Source of the DNA: Chrysomallon squamiferum
Taxonomy: Eukaryota > Animalia > Mollusca
Length of the DNA: 64,000 bases
NCBI GenBank assembly: GCA_012295275.1
Contig: CM022677.1
Span: 9,300,001-9,364,000, forward strand
Direction: 5' to 3'
The notes below the pieces were generated by a model. The model was not told the DNA's origin. It did not search any database and saw only the letters and a list, made by a program, of their open reading frames with translations. Shown here piece by piece: positions 42,030 to 64,000 of the stretch. The first letter of the stretch is position 1. Each line of letters opens with the position of its first letter. Both the position numbers and the translations under genes were made by a program.

Positions 42030-43583
42030 AATTTCGTCCGAATGTAAGCAACCATGTAGTACCAGATAGGTTTTCTTTAGGATCGTTTCATTTGAAAACG
42101 AGTACCAAATTTTCTTCACCAGATTCGAGGAAGCCCATAAATGCGGAACAATATATAAAAGAAAAAAGAAAGCTTATTATCAGTGAGAACTGGTCTGCAA
42201 TAAATAAAATCTTTAAAAACTAAAAATATTGTTTGCTTGCAAATATGCTGTCAGCCTATAATTATTTTACTTGTAATCTGCCTTATTCCAGTAGTCATAC
42301 TCATTTGTAATTCATTCATTCATAGAATCAGTGCACCAAAACGTTTTAGAATAATCTATAGCAAAGTACTCTTACAATTAAATTTTATTAGTTTAAATAT
42401 TTTAACACGGACCATCAAATCTCTACTTTGATGTTTAGAAAAGGGTTGTAAAAAAATAAAAATAAAATTTACAAAAGACAACAAACTCTAAAACTGCCAA
42501 AACTTTATTTTTATTTTTCAAATTATTTTTGCACAGAATAAACTACTGAAAACATAAAACAAAAAATAAACAAGTTTGACTTGATTATGCAGTTTTATGA
42601 AAATAATTTAGTATATTTGGAAAAGATATTTTTTAATGTGGTCACAATAGAAAATTGTAAATTATTTTAAACCATAAACAAAATGTTACTACATGGCAAC
42701 TTCAGCTTTGAATTATATGATTCTTTATAAATGCCATAAGCAAGTTTTAGGTGAATACGCTGAACTTGGGCTAACACTAAAAATTAATGTGATATAGTCT
42801 ACAAAACAATTATACTAAATTAATCTTTTCATAATAAATCAAACAGAACTTTTGAATTGGTCAAACATTTCAGATTATTTATAAACTGTTAACTTAGTAT
42901 TAGGTTTAAAATGACAGATTAGTTGGTGCTTTTGTGAAAAATTATTTTACATTTACTTATCAATCTCAATTTTAACAAATCCAGGAGAGACTAAAGTTAC
43001 AGTAAGAAGTTATAAGTGTATTACGAATTTGTGAATGGAATGATCATATACTGTTCTTGAACATGGTACATTTTCTTAAAGCAGGTCACACCTTTTATTG
43101 TAAAAAAAGATCATTTAATACATCATTTTGATAAATACTCCCTGCAATGTCATATTATAATTTTTCTTTTTTACATTTTCCATAAAAATAATAATTCTAA
43201 GCTATTTGACAAGATAAACATTATTTGCAGCATGATAATGATTTGAATATCCAAAAAAGTTTTCAAAAAAGTTATTTTAGTTCTTGAGAAATTGTAACTT
43301 TCATACATCCATGTACACAATATGAAACAAAAAAATAACAAACATCACAAACACATTCCATGGTCAGATCGTGATTTTTTAATAAGCATTAATAACTTTC
43401 AATTACTGCTCTTAATGCAGACAAGCTTTCTGTTAAACTTTGTTCTGTACTTTCATAAAATGTGTATCTTCATAAATTTATATGTACGTGTATTTGTGTG
43501 TGCAGGTGAGAAATATTATTTTTCTTTTGTTTATCTAAGTGTGGCAAAGGGATTAATAATTAACACTTAGAATATCACCCATC

Positions 43584-43823
43584 TTAAGACAGAACTGTTG
43601 GTTTTATTGTAGACTTTTTCTCACTGAAAAATCCACGCAATACAAAAACCTGTCCTACACTGACAATCATAATAAGCAGTGTCATCCCAAGTGACCAGTA
43701 TAAAACATGTGAATTGAGTGTCTGGGCAAATATTCGTCCCTGTGCCTCTCGTAGTCTGTAGTGAGTCTGTCCATCAGCTATGTACTTGAGAGCTTCATGG
43801 ATTTCAACACATCCAGTCTCCAT
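43584..43823 (-). CDS. TMED7: TMED7-like alternative (distal) terminal exon: coiled coil, TM and cytosolic tail (213-aa isoform)
   Basis: Acceptor catag|ATG is phase 0. METGCVEIHEALKYIADGQTHYRLREAQGR..VLYWSLG..GQVFVLRGFFSEKKSTIKPTVLS* is intact and colinear with exon 3a; no separate upstream GOLD exons were found. Confidence 0.88.
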   Translation of the reverse strand: METGCVEIHEALKYIADGQTHYRLREAQGRIFAQTLNSHVLYWSLGMTLLIMIVSVGQVFVLRGFFSEKKSTIKPTVLS

Positions 43824-45527
43824 CTATGAAATGCACAAAATCTCATTAAACAAGTTTGATATTCTTCTAAATACATAACATGACCAAGGTAATAAAAACA
43901 TTACAACTGTAAAAGAATCAAATTATAATGAATTAAAATGAGCATTAAAAACTAACAAGTAAAATGCTGAGTTACAAAGCCATGTATGACATTTTTCCAT
44001 ATAACAAAAGAAAAGTTAATAACAACTGTAAAAAAAGACATCTGTTTAAATTATTAGTTTTTAAAAAGTTGTATTAGCCACTAAATTGTCTAATATTATA
44101 TATTGGAAGGAAATTGAGATAACATTCTTTACAATTCTTTTCAGGAACTGCTTTTTTCATTCCCCCCCCCTCCAACTGCTTCATTTCTATTGGAAAAATC
44201 ATGGTAAAAATGCAAAACAAATTAACATTAAGTGGTAGTGATTTTGATTTTATTATTATCTGAATTATGAAAACATTTTGTTCAAAATATTTATAACACT
44301 GAATTAGATCAACAGTCATGAATTATTTAGTTTCTTTTATTACAACTTACTAACATCACTGTCTTGTTTCATTACAAAAATAACTGAACAAGTAGAGTGT
44401 AATAACAGTAAAACCACCAGTAAATAACTGTTTTGCTCAGTTATTTTCTTTTTCCAAATTGAACAACTTCAAAGATAAAGTAAAAATGCCTTTTCTTCAG
44501 CTCTTTAAAGTATTGTTATGAATATAACTCCATCAAGAAAACATTATTTGCAAAATAATACATTTTATTCTATGAAAAAAATAAACACATGCCATAGTTT
44601 TCCTTTTTTTTGTTCTTGACTTTTTTCTTATTATCATCTGAATTATGAAAACATTTTGTTCAAAATATTTAACTAAAAAATGCAAGTAATCATTTATCAC
44701 AAGTATTATTCTGTATTTCCACAGCACTGTTCTTGCTGTTTACTCTTCTACAACACTTCCAGTGAAAACCAATTTTCCTACTTCACAGCTTTGTAGAATG
44801 ACTCAGTAACACTTTTATTAGCGAGTACATATTTAGTCTATAGATTTATAACCTGTAACATCATCTCCAGATATTTTATTGGTAAAAATCTAAAGTTATG
44901 TGATTATCTATTATAATACAAGAAAATTTACTTTTTAAAAAATATACATTACTTCATTCATCTGAATTATGTAATTACATCCCATATTGTATCTAGTTAG
45001 TTTTATTTTTGTCTTTGACTTTTTAATCCTAACTGATATATACTATTTAACTTAGGTGTTTTTTATTATTCGCATCACAGACATATCCATATTTGTAGTT
45101 ACTGTATTTTCTTGTAAAATACTTATTATATCCTGCTGTGTAAAAGTGGAAATACAAATCGCCATACCCAGCTAACTTCATCTGCTCTAATAAATTTCTT
45201 TCTTACAGTTTATTTCCTATTTTGTTTTCATACTGAATTAGAAAATTTATCTGGACTTTTCTTGATACAAATATAACTGAAAATGGCTCATGACAGACTT
45301 AATAAAAATAAGAAATAAATAATTAAATAAAAAAACGCTATTTTTGTTAACAGCAGTAGTTTTAATCTGATCAGTTTATGACTTCCAGCTGTATATATAT
45401 ATATAAGACACATAGTAAAAACAAAACCCACAATGTCAGTATTTGAACATTGTATTATGTACATCACTTAAGACAAAAAAAAAAAATGATATTAAAAAAA
45501 TTACTATTAGTAATAATAAAAATGGAA

Positions 45528-45574
<47 letters not shown>

Positions 45575-46206
45575 TAAAACAATAATAATAATAATAAAAA
45601 TAAAAAAAAATAAAAATATTGGTACTATTAATAAAGTATAATAAACAAAAACATTATGTTAAATAAAGAAAACAATGATTATTTATACTAAAATCAGGTT
45701 TCTGAAGCTAATATTTCTGCCACCATCAAACTAAATTTTGCAATAATAAATAACAGCAATTTTCTATATAATCCTAATGTGGCTAATTCAAATTCAGTAA
45801 ATATTTATTCATAACCAAAATTCACAGGAAATATCAGTCAATAATTCAAAACAAATATTCTAATGAATTTGTTCTGAGTTTGGTTATTATTAGTATTTTA
45901 TTTTTATTTTTTCCTTTTCAAAACAAATTAAATATTTTAATATAATTCTAACTCTTATGAAACAATATAACTTTATTTCTAAACTGAAGGGATGAAATAA
46001 TTTATTTTCATATATAACAATTCATTCAACTATTCTCGAGAAAAAATATAAAAATATTTATCATTAAACTGAAAACAAACTCTGAATACACAATCAGGTA
46101 AACTTTCAGCTGACATGAATTATTTATAACTAAGTAACACTCATTCCCTGACTGTTCACAGAAATAAAATTTGTTAGAATTATAAAACACTACAACAGCT
46201 TGTCCA

Positions 46207-46775
46207 TCACGTGACAGTAGATGTTTTGTGTTTATCAGTGAACAGGCTTCTCAACACTAGAATCTGTCCAAGGCCTATAGCAACAATAACAACACTTTGT
46301 CCTATACTCCAGTACAATACACGTTCATTAAGATCTTCAGCAAATGCCCGACCCTGTGTTTCTCGAAGACGAAAATGAGTTTGGTAATCTATTACTGTGT
46401 TCAAACTCTCATGAATGCTCACAGCAGACGTTTCCATCTAAAATGAGAAATGTGAAAACAATCTGTTACCTAAACACCATGTGATCCTGAATAGTGACAT
46501 CTGCTTTTTCAACAAATAAATCCAAAATTTAGTATTATTATAAACAATTATTTAATGACCTATATACAGAAAAAAAGCAGGAAAACACTGTTTTCCTTTT
46601 GTCTTGTTTTTTTCATAAACTGATAATTTTGAAGTTCAATAAGCAGTGTCGTGTTAACTATTCAGTATCAATATTTGGTGCCAAATTTATTATTATACAA
46701 GCAGATCATTTAATGTAGCAAAAATATACCATTATCCAATTCCAAATACCACAGAACCATAAAGCTTGAAAAAAT

Positions 46776-46829
<54 letters not shown>

Positions 46830-49800
46830 GGAATCAATATTATGTTAGTAATTAGTGAAAGAATTAGATTTTTATAATTCAACTGCAAACAAAGTCTTTC
46901 CATCACAACACAGTGAAATTTGTATTTATGTAACCAGAAAATATTTTCATGTTAACCGTTTCAAGCCACTTTGACTAATAATCAGCCATTCTCAAAAGGT
47001 GGCCTAGCACACTTGTATAGAAAACAAATTCAGCTATTTGTTCCTTCTTTGAGAAGCACAAGAAAAGCTACTAAAAGGAAAAAGTGAAAAATAATCAAAA
47101 TAAATAAAGTGTTGTAGAATGGCTGCTTATTAGTCAGTGGCTCAAATAAAAGATAATGTCCTGTTAAAAAGCAAAAAACATGAGAAATATTTCAATTTGT
47201 AAAATAACGGGACTAAAATTGACAACAATAATTAATTAAACTGTTCAGGCTGTATTTAAGTTATAATGTAATTTCAAGAAAATTTTGTTTAACTAAATGG
47301 TTATTTATCAATATTTTTGCTCTTTAAAGATGTAAACAAGATCTTAAGGAACTGACTGATGAATAGTTATATAATTTTATATATGAAAAACATGCACCAA
47401 AGTAACAAATGATCTGCTTGTATTTGTTTTACTAAAATAAGACAAAAAAATCTGTTTTTAATTCTTTTTTTGAACATATCCTGTAAAGAATTTGTTTTCA
47501 ATTGAATATAATCTCATTTCAAATGAAAATATCTGAATTATGGTAAGACTGTTATAAAACAATTTTATTACTGCAAACAATTCTTTAAGCAACAAACTTC
47601 TTCATGCCTTTAATCCTTTGAATTATCAAAGCAAATAACATATCCAGTGCTGCTTACACAAAACCCAAAAAGAAAAATATAACTTAATTGATGCAGAATG
47701 AATAACTCATTCATTAAAATTGAATTTTAATAATCGCATAAAACTTGTATCTTAAGATAGTAACTAGTTATTCTCTATTTATCCTGCTGTGGCAAGTTCT
47801 GGTGATAAATTCCATCTTTTTTAGATGAAACTATATTTACTTCAATAATTTTATATATATGTAAAATTACTGAAGTAAATTAGTTTCATCCAAAAAAGAT
47901 GGAATTTAATATATATATATATATTACTTAATGTTTAACTGATCGTCTGATGGGTTAAATTTTATAGGACCAGAAAATGGTTTTCATTTAAAAATTAAGA
48001 AAAAGAATTGTTGTCATTTAAGAAATATTTTGTTTTATGTGTATCTTTTTTAGGTGACAATTACGATATTAGTTGTTACTATCTTAAGTAATAATATATA
48101 TATATACACACCAGAGCTATTGCTATATACTGTAAGAGAGGGCAGTTTTGCAGTTTTGGGGTCAGCAGTTCACGTCTTGTCCTTAAACAAAATAGATGTA
48201 ATCCAAAGCGACAACTGTCATATTTACAAAGGAACGCAATCCATTTCCTCTGAAATATGCTGCTATTCACAATGCTTGTGTAATCAAGGCTACTGTAGCA
48301 GGTGCTGTGCAGCTAAACTATTGTGAATTTTAATCATTGCTACAAATTTTTGAACATGCACCTGTATTAAAATTGTGTTACATAAACATTTTAAAATATT
48401 GTCTTCGTCCTTCGATCCGCACAATGTAAAAATCAGTACCATCCCTTCGTTTAACTTGCACAAGTTATGCTGATTTCTGCCATCCCTTTTACAAAAGGGC
48501 ACTGATGTACACACATATACTTGTATGTGTGTTTATTACAGTTAAACACAAACCCATAATAACAAGACTTGAGTAATATTCTGTCACATATTTACATAAT
48601 GAAAAAAAAAGTTACAAACAAAATGTTTTCTAACTAATAATACATTTATTCAGCTCTGAACAAAATAATTTAGTACAATGAAAAAAATTAAACCATCAAG
48701 CAATGAACTGAACAATATTTAGTGATTATGAGTGAAAACATTTTGAAAGATTAAAAAAAAAAAAAAAAAACATTCTGTGAGAGGAAACTGATCAGTGTGT
48801 GTGTGTTTGAAGTCAAACGTTTGCTTATTGTTGTTATTTTCAAGTATTACATTTTTCAGTTTACACAGTAATAAACTCAGTTAAACCTTTCTTGCTAAAG
48901 ATAAAAAAAATCAATACATCAAAGTAAAATAAATGAAAACTTAGGAAGAATTCAAGTAAGATCATCAAATATTAGACCCAGCTAACATATAAGAATTACT
49001 ATAATTACATTATTAGTAATATTTCTTCATTAATATTTTATTTTTATCAGCTTTACTAAAGCTTACCAAGGGTTCCAATGCTTCAAGGAAACTACCAGGA
49101 CAACCCTATTGTCCGTTATCATTTTGATCTTATCTGTTATGGTTATTACAATTTCTTTTCATTATATATGTATCAATATTCTTTATTAGAGAAGCCCATG
49201 CCAGGAAGCAAAGCACACTTAGGGCTAAATTATTAATTTCTAAACACCACTGGCAACAATGAGGTGAAAGGAAATATAAATCCTCTAATGAATGTTAATC
49301 TAAAAACTTTATTTTTGTAATAAAACATTTGAAATATTTAAACATTCTGACCAAATCTCTAATTCTTATTATATTATTGCCAAACATATGACCTGAATTC
49401 ACCGACACATTCTGATCAGTATCAATATGTGCTAACTTACCAATGTCATGGCAGTTGCATGTGCATTTCCTGCCATTTCTTGAACGATAGGCTTCTCTTC
49501 CCCAACTTCCAGATCAAAGTAAACAACTTTATGTGAGAATGTTGAAAACTCATTACTGAAACAGAACTTATGTATGCCTGTCTGGTCAGCATTCCAGGTG
49601 AAACTATCATACTGCTTCTTTACATCCTTGTAAAGAATTTGACCATTTGGTGCTACAAGTTCCAGATCAACGTCATACTGTCCTCCAGTTATAACCTGTA
49701 ATGGAAATATTATTTTGACAAAAAATTATTTACTAATCCAGATTGTTCTTTCATCTGAAACAAGATTTTATGTTCTACTGAAAACTAATTATTTACAGTA

Positions 49801-50393
49801 TAACTTCAAAATTCAAAAGAAAATAACTATAATTGATTTTGTTTTGTTTTGTTTTGTTTTATTTATTAGAAGTTTAATTAAATGGCAGGTCTGGAAAAAC
49901 GAAAAAATATGAAGTCAAAAGGAAGTCATAAGACAGAGGGCTCAGACAAGTTTTAATATTATCAAATAGTTCGTACAAGCTAACCTGCTCCAGTTTTAAA
50001 CAATGCTTGACGTTAAGGGTATGCAACTCCACTAACTGTAATATACAACTTACAATGTCAACAGTTAAAAATTCGGAAACTGTATGATGTATCCATATGT
50101 CACACTATTATCATGATTACATCACAAGATAAAAAAATAATAATAATAATAATATATATATATATATATATAAGAGAGAGAGAATTTATTTCATGCTTAT
50201 TAAGCAATAAAAAATCAGTTATATATTATTATTCGCTAACTTTTACCTGAAATTCCAATGTGGATTTAACGCCTTTGTCTATTTTTTCGAAAAAACACTG
50301 CTTCTGGTTATCAGGCAGTTCGAATGTGAGTTCAGTAGCTTCGTTTGAAATAAAATATACCAATAAAAGAAAAAGATGAAAAAAGTATTCCAT
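46207..50393 (-). CDS. TMED7: p24 gamma-subfamily (TMED7/TMED3-like) GOLD-domain cargo receptor, isoform with proximal terminal exon (210 aa)
   Basis: Exon 1 50247-50393 (signal peptide plus [20 protein letters not shown]|gt), exon 2 49441-49695 ([32 protein letters not shown]|gtaagt), exon 3a 46207-46437 ([39 protein letters not shown]). All junctions are phase 0. Confidence 0.93.
47806..47908. repeat. ~103-bp near-perfect palindrome/hairpin
   Basis: taaattccatcttttttagatgaaacta..tttacttca..taatttta pairs with taaaatta..tgaagtaaa..tagtttcatccaaaaaagatggaattta. Confidence 0.9.
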
Positions 50394-51010
50394 TTTAATA
50401 AACAAAACTATTTTTCTAGTTAACGAAGACTAAAGAAATATATATCTTGGAGTTCTAAATTATAAATCTCGGCCTCCTTCGCACCGGTATGTTGACAAAA
50501 TGGAGTCTGCAAAGACAACGTGGCAAACTTCCGGTATTCCAAAATCTCACAACATAGTTAATGTTTTAGAACCTATAAATTATTTTTGAGAGAGATACAT
50601 TGTAATGTGGATGCAGGCAAAATATTATTGCTGATAAATTTTATAATTATAATAATGTGTTTATTTTAGGGTTTTTTCTCATTGACAATTATTACATAAT
50701 TATGGCCTGTCCGTTACTTTTCAAAACAATGTTACATAATCATGTTAAACGTTCTACATGACATCGATTTTTAGCCTAGTATATTTTCAGTAAATAATCA
50801 GTTGACTTAGTCCACTCGAGATCAAACATTTCGGTTTTTATTACTATCTGTAAAAACAAACTGACAGATTCCGTAAACAATTCAACTCTTAGGATGGGCT
50901 GAGTTGTCTTGCAGTCTCGATATAACCACGCCATTTACAGATCATTAGAATGCGCAGCAGTCTTAATATAAGCGCAGATAAGTAAATCAGTAGCTTAGTT
51001 ACGGTGTAAT
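50394..51010 (-). promoter_or_regulatory. Putative promoter/5'UTR of the TMED7-like gene
   Basis: CpG-retaining region upstream of the ATG with an ETS-like acttccgg (50527-50534), a YY1-like cgccattt (50929-50936) and tgcgca (50951-50956). Confidence 0.55.
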
Positions 51011-52082
51011 TTACAATATTTTGTTACTGGCAATTATTATTGTTGTTGTTGTTGTTGTTTTTTTATTCAGTTTTCATCTTGTGTTATTGTGATGTCTGCA
51101 TGTGCAGAATAATTAGTTATTCTGTCAAGTCAGTGAAGAATTTTGTCTGTATTAAAATCTCATAAATTGTTTTTATTAAAGTAAGATTCTATTGTCTTGT
51201 GAAAAATATATAATAATAATAATAATAAATGAAAAATTTTTTAAAATAAAATAAATAAATAAATAAAATAAAAACAGAAAAATGAAAATCGCCCAGAAAC
51301 CACCCGTCTTGATAAATATTTTCTCCAGTGTGTAAAAATATTTTTGTTTTACAAAGATGAAACTGATTATTTATTAGTAAAAAAACTGAATTACTCAGTG
51401 TAAAATTGCAATCTATATGTATGCCTGACAAATACATACAAAACAGATACCTCATAAAACACTACAAACACTTTTGTATTTGAATTTAAATTTTATTTGC
51501 TTTATAATACAACTTTTGTTGTTTACAGCACTAATATAAAGATTAAAACATTCCAAACAATAAATAGGCTTCAACCAGCTTGGAAATTTTAAACTTATTT
51601 GAATGTTTTTCACCTTCTGTGACTATAAACAATAAATATTACTAAGACAAGTCAAGTGGAAACAAGGTATCACAAAACAGTATTCAAATATTAGTTAGCA
51701 TCTACTTGAATAAAGTTAATAAAAATAAACACAAACAGACATATTGCAGATAATTTTGAAACTACAAAAGCAGATTTGATCATTTTAAAACAAAACAAAT
51801 TTATATGTTAAAATGTATAAGATTTATCAGTATTTTTACTAAATAAGCACTGAACTTGTATGAAAACACACAGAAAGAAAAAATTAAACACACACTCCTA
51901 AATGAAGCTTTAAATAAATAAATATAGGAAAAACTAGATGAAAAATCTCCTTGACTAGGCAAATAAGATTTGTCATGTAAAAACAAGAACTGTGCTGCAG
52001 GCAGTCAGTAGTTGTTTTTTTTTATTATTAAAAATGACCCGAAACATAGGTTTTATTAAAGCATTGTGGTATTTGACAACAT

Positions 52083-52645
52083 TGTAACAGAAACTGAAAT
52101 ACATGTTGTAAGTAAACAAAATATGAAATAAATAGAGTACACCAAATTACATCCACTAATATTAATTTTGACCTGTGTGAGATTGAAAAACATGTATCAG
52201 AAACTAAAATAAATTTAAGAAGTAATAAAATATGAAATAAATAATTAAAGTTCTCCATATTATATTTAGAATCACTAATATTTATTATTGTGATTATGAA
52301 AAAATACACCCAAGAAAGACAACCAAAAAAAAAACAATCAGAAAGGATCTAAAATATTGTAAGAATTAAAATATGAAACAGAGTCCACTAAATTGTTTTC
52401 AGAATCAGTAATACTGAGATTTGTAAAATTGAAAAAGTTTAATAGAAATAAAATATATACTGAAAGAAGTAACAAAATATGAAATAAATACTTAGTGCCC
52501 ACCAAATGATATTCTGAACCACTGATATTAATATTGATTTTTATGGTGATGGAAACTTGTAACAGAAACTAAAATAAATACTGAACTAATATAAAATAAA
52601 TAATTTAAAAAGCCATTAAATCACATTCAGAATCATTAAATATGA
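52083..52645. repeat. Degenerate ~110-120-bp tandem repeat downstream of the PK stop
   Basis: Recurring tgtaacagaaact.aaata..aaaatatgaaataaata..agaatca(c)taata blocks. Confidence 0.6.
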
Positions 52646-54127
52646 AATTAAGAAAGCACTGAGGTTGAAATAATCCAGATATAAAAAAACAAAAACAGAA
52701 ATTTATTTGTAGTGTGACATAACATGAGTGACATGATTTGAATTGATATAATTATTAAGTGATGATATACAAGTATAATCAGTTATCAGTGACAACATCT
52801 GATTAAGACAATAATGGTGTAATTATTAAAGTATTAAAGGTAAAGTAAAACCTTATCCACAGAGGTACAGGCCAAAAAAAAAAAAAAGAAGAAGAAACTT
52901 AAAATTCGTTAAACTTATCTGAAGCATGTTTTAAAGTAATGCTGAAGTAAAATACAAAGTTAATCATCCTGGTGATTTTAAACATATTTTTCACCTTTTG
53001 TGTCTATACTTTAAACAGATGAGATGAATCAGTTCCAAAAAAGATATACGAAATAGTTATTTCATTTATTTAACGAAGGGTCTGCTTAGTCAGATTTGGC
53101 ATAAATGTAAAGCATCGTGATTACTTGATCAATGAGCTTACTTTTGTACATACTTTATAAATCTTTGACTAATTGCAGGTTAATTAACATCAAATATTGT
53201 GATAAAACTGAGATAGTTTTAACTTTGTATTCCCAGGAACATTTTTCTTCATTATTTTCTTTTTTCTTTTTGTATTTCAAATTTTATCAAACGATAGTAA
53301 TTCTCAGCACAGAATGCAGCAAGTTATAAAGCAATAAAAAATATCCATTTTTATAAAAAAAAAATTACTTTTTACAGTGCATTATAAAAATGAATACAAT
53401 TTTTTTTCATTTTAATTACAAATGTGAAGCCAAATGATATAAACTAGAATTTAATGAATTTCAGATAAACCTGCAATTTTATTTCCATTGTCTTTAACAT
53501 CAAACATTGACATTACAAACTTGACAAACTCGGAATTAAATTTTTTTTTTTTTAAAATGGTATTTAATATAAAAAATCCAAACTTCTAATATACTCTATA
53601 TCTCTCTAAAAAAAATATTATATATTGTAAGGTTTTAATTTATTAATGTTCAAAAATAAGTTTAACTTAAAACAAAATATAATATTATGTACATATAGAC
53701 TTGTTGTGTTCATGAATATAAAAAAAAAAAGGTTGTACAAATGATATACATCTTAGCAAAATACAACAATACATAAACCGTAACTATACTTTGTAATAAA
53801 TGCTTGTTTTTAACAATAAATTTACATTTTGTTCGTTTCCTCAACTTAAAGCTACTCTTGTTCAACATATAAAATAAACTAAGATCCTTCAGTCTATTTA
53901 ACAAGCATCACATCTGTGGAAGGGATTGTTGCCTTAATTGCCTAAATAATACATAACATTAAGGACCTGTTTATTTGTACATTTTTTGGCAAATTCAAAA
54001 AAAAAGAAGATTATTAACTGAAAATTTGGATATTTTGTTCGAAGGAAATTTTTATACTTCTCTAAATTTAAACATTGTTTTAACCAAACGAAAACAGAAA
54101 AAAAAAGGCTGATCAAAAACTGTGGTG

Positions 54128-63775
<9,648 letters not shown>

Positions 63776-64000
63776 CTGTTTACAGCAAAAACATAACCAA
63801 AATAAAATTTAAACTAAAATGGATTTTCATACAGATTAAATTATTAAATATTACTCTTAAAATTAAAAAAAAATAAAAATAATAATAATAACCATATTGA
63901 AATCACTTCCTAACAATAACAAAGAAAATTAATGAAAATATTATTGGTATCATGTATGTGTGTATATAATTTTTATAAATTTTACTTTTTAATTATTTTC

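Noticed and set aside
43584-43823. Independent second TMED gene
   Set aside because: No signal peptide or GOLD exons were found between 43823 and 46207; its Met is the conserved internal residue after the splice acceptor.
44253-44672. ~40-bp direct repeat (atctgaattatgaaaacattttgttcaaaatattta) giving two similar short ORFs
   Set aside because: A small local duplication in AT-rich intron/UTR with no coding signal.
48054-48520. More GC/CpG-rich intronic block with short ORFs on both strands
   Set aside because: No recognisable domain, termini or splice-compatible frame; perhaps a transposon remnant but unsupported.

Overview
AT-rich, microsatellite-rich animal (eukaryotic) genomic DNA with spliceosomal introns; a lophotrochozoan or mollusc-like invertebrate is an inference. 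Four multi-exon genes lie in tandem on the minus strand, reconstructed by hand from splice sites and exon phases. (1) A pyruvate kinase, 5' end outside the window, with a GC-AG intron and two homologous alternative terminal exons. (2) A p24-gamma/TMED7-TMED3-like cargo receptor, also with two homologous alternative terminal exons. (3) An ARM-repeat/TIR/SAM-like protein with 13 shared exons and at least two alternative first coding exons; it has the SARM1 domain set in a different order and keeps the TIR catalytic-position Glu. (4) An uncharacterised EF-hand-like protein that runs off the left end. Introns hold minisatellites, local duplications and foldback elements, and several tandem repeats multiply real splice sites. 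Most ORFs in the supplied track are microsatellite or antisense artefacts. No rRNA, tRNA or CRISPR was seen.
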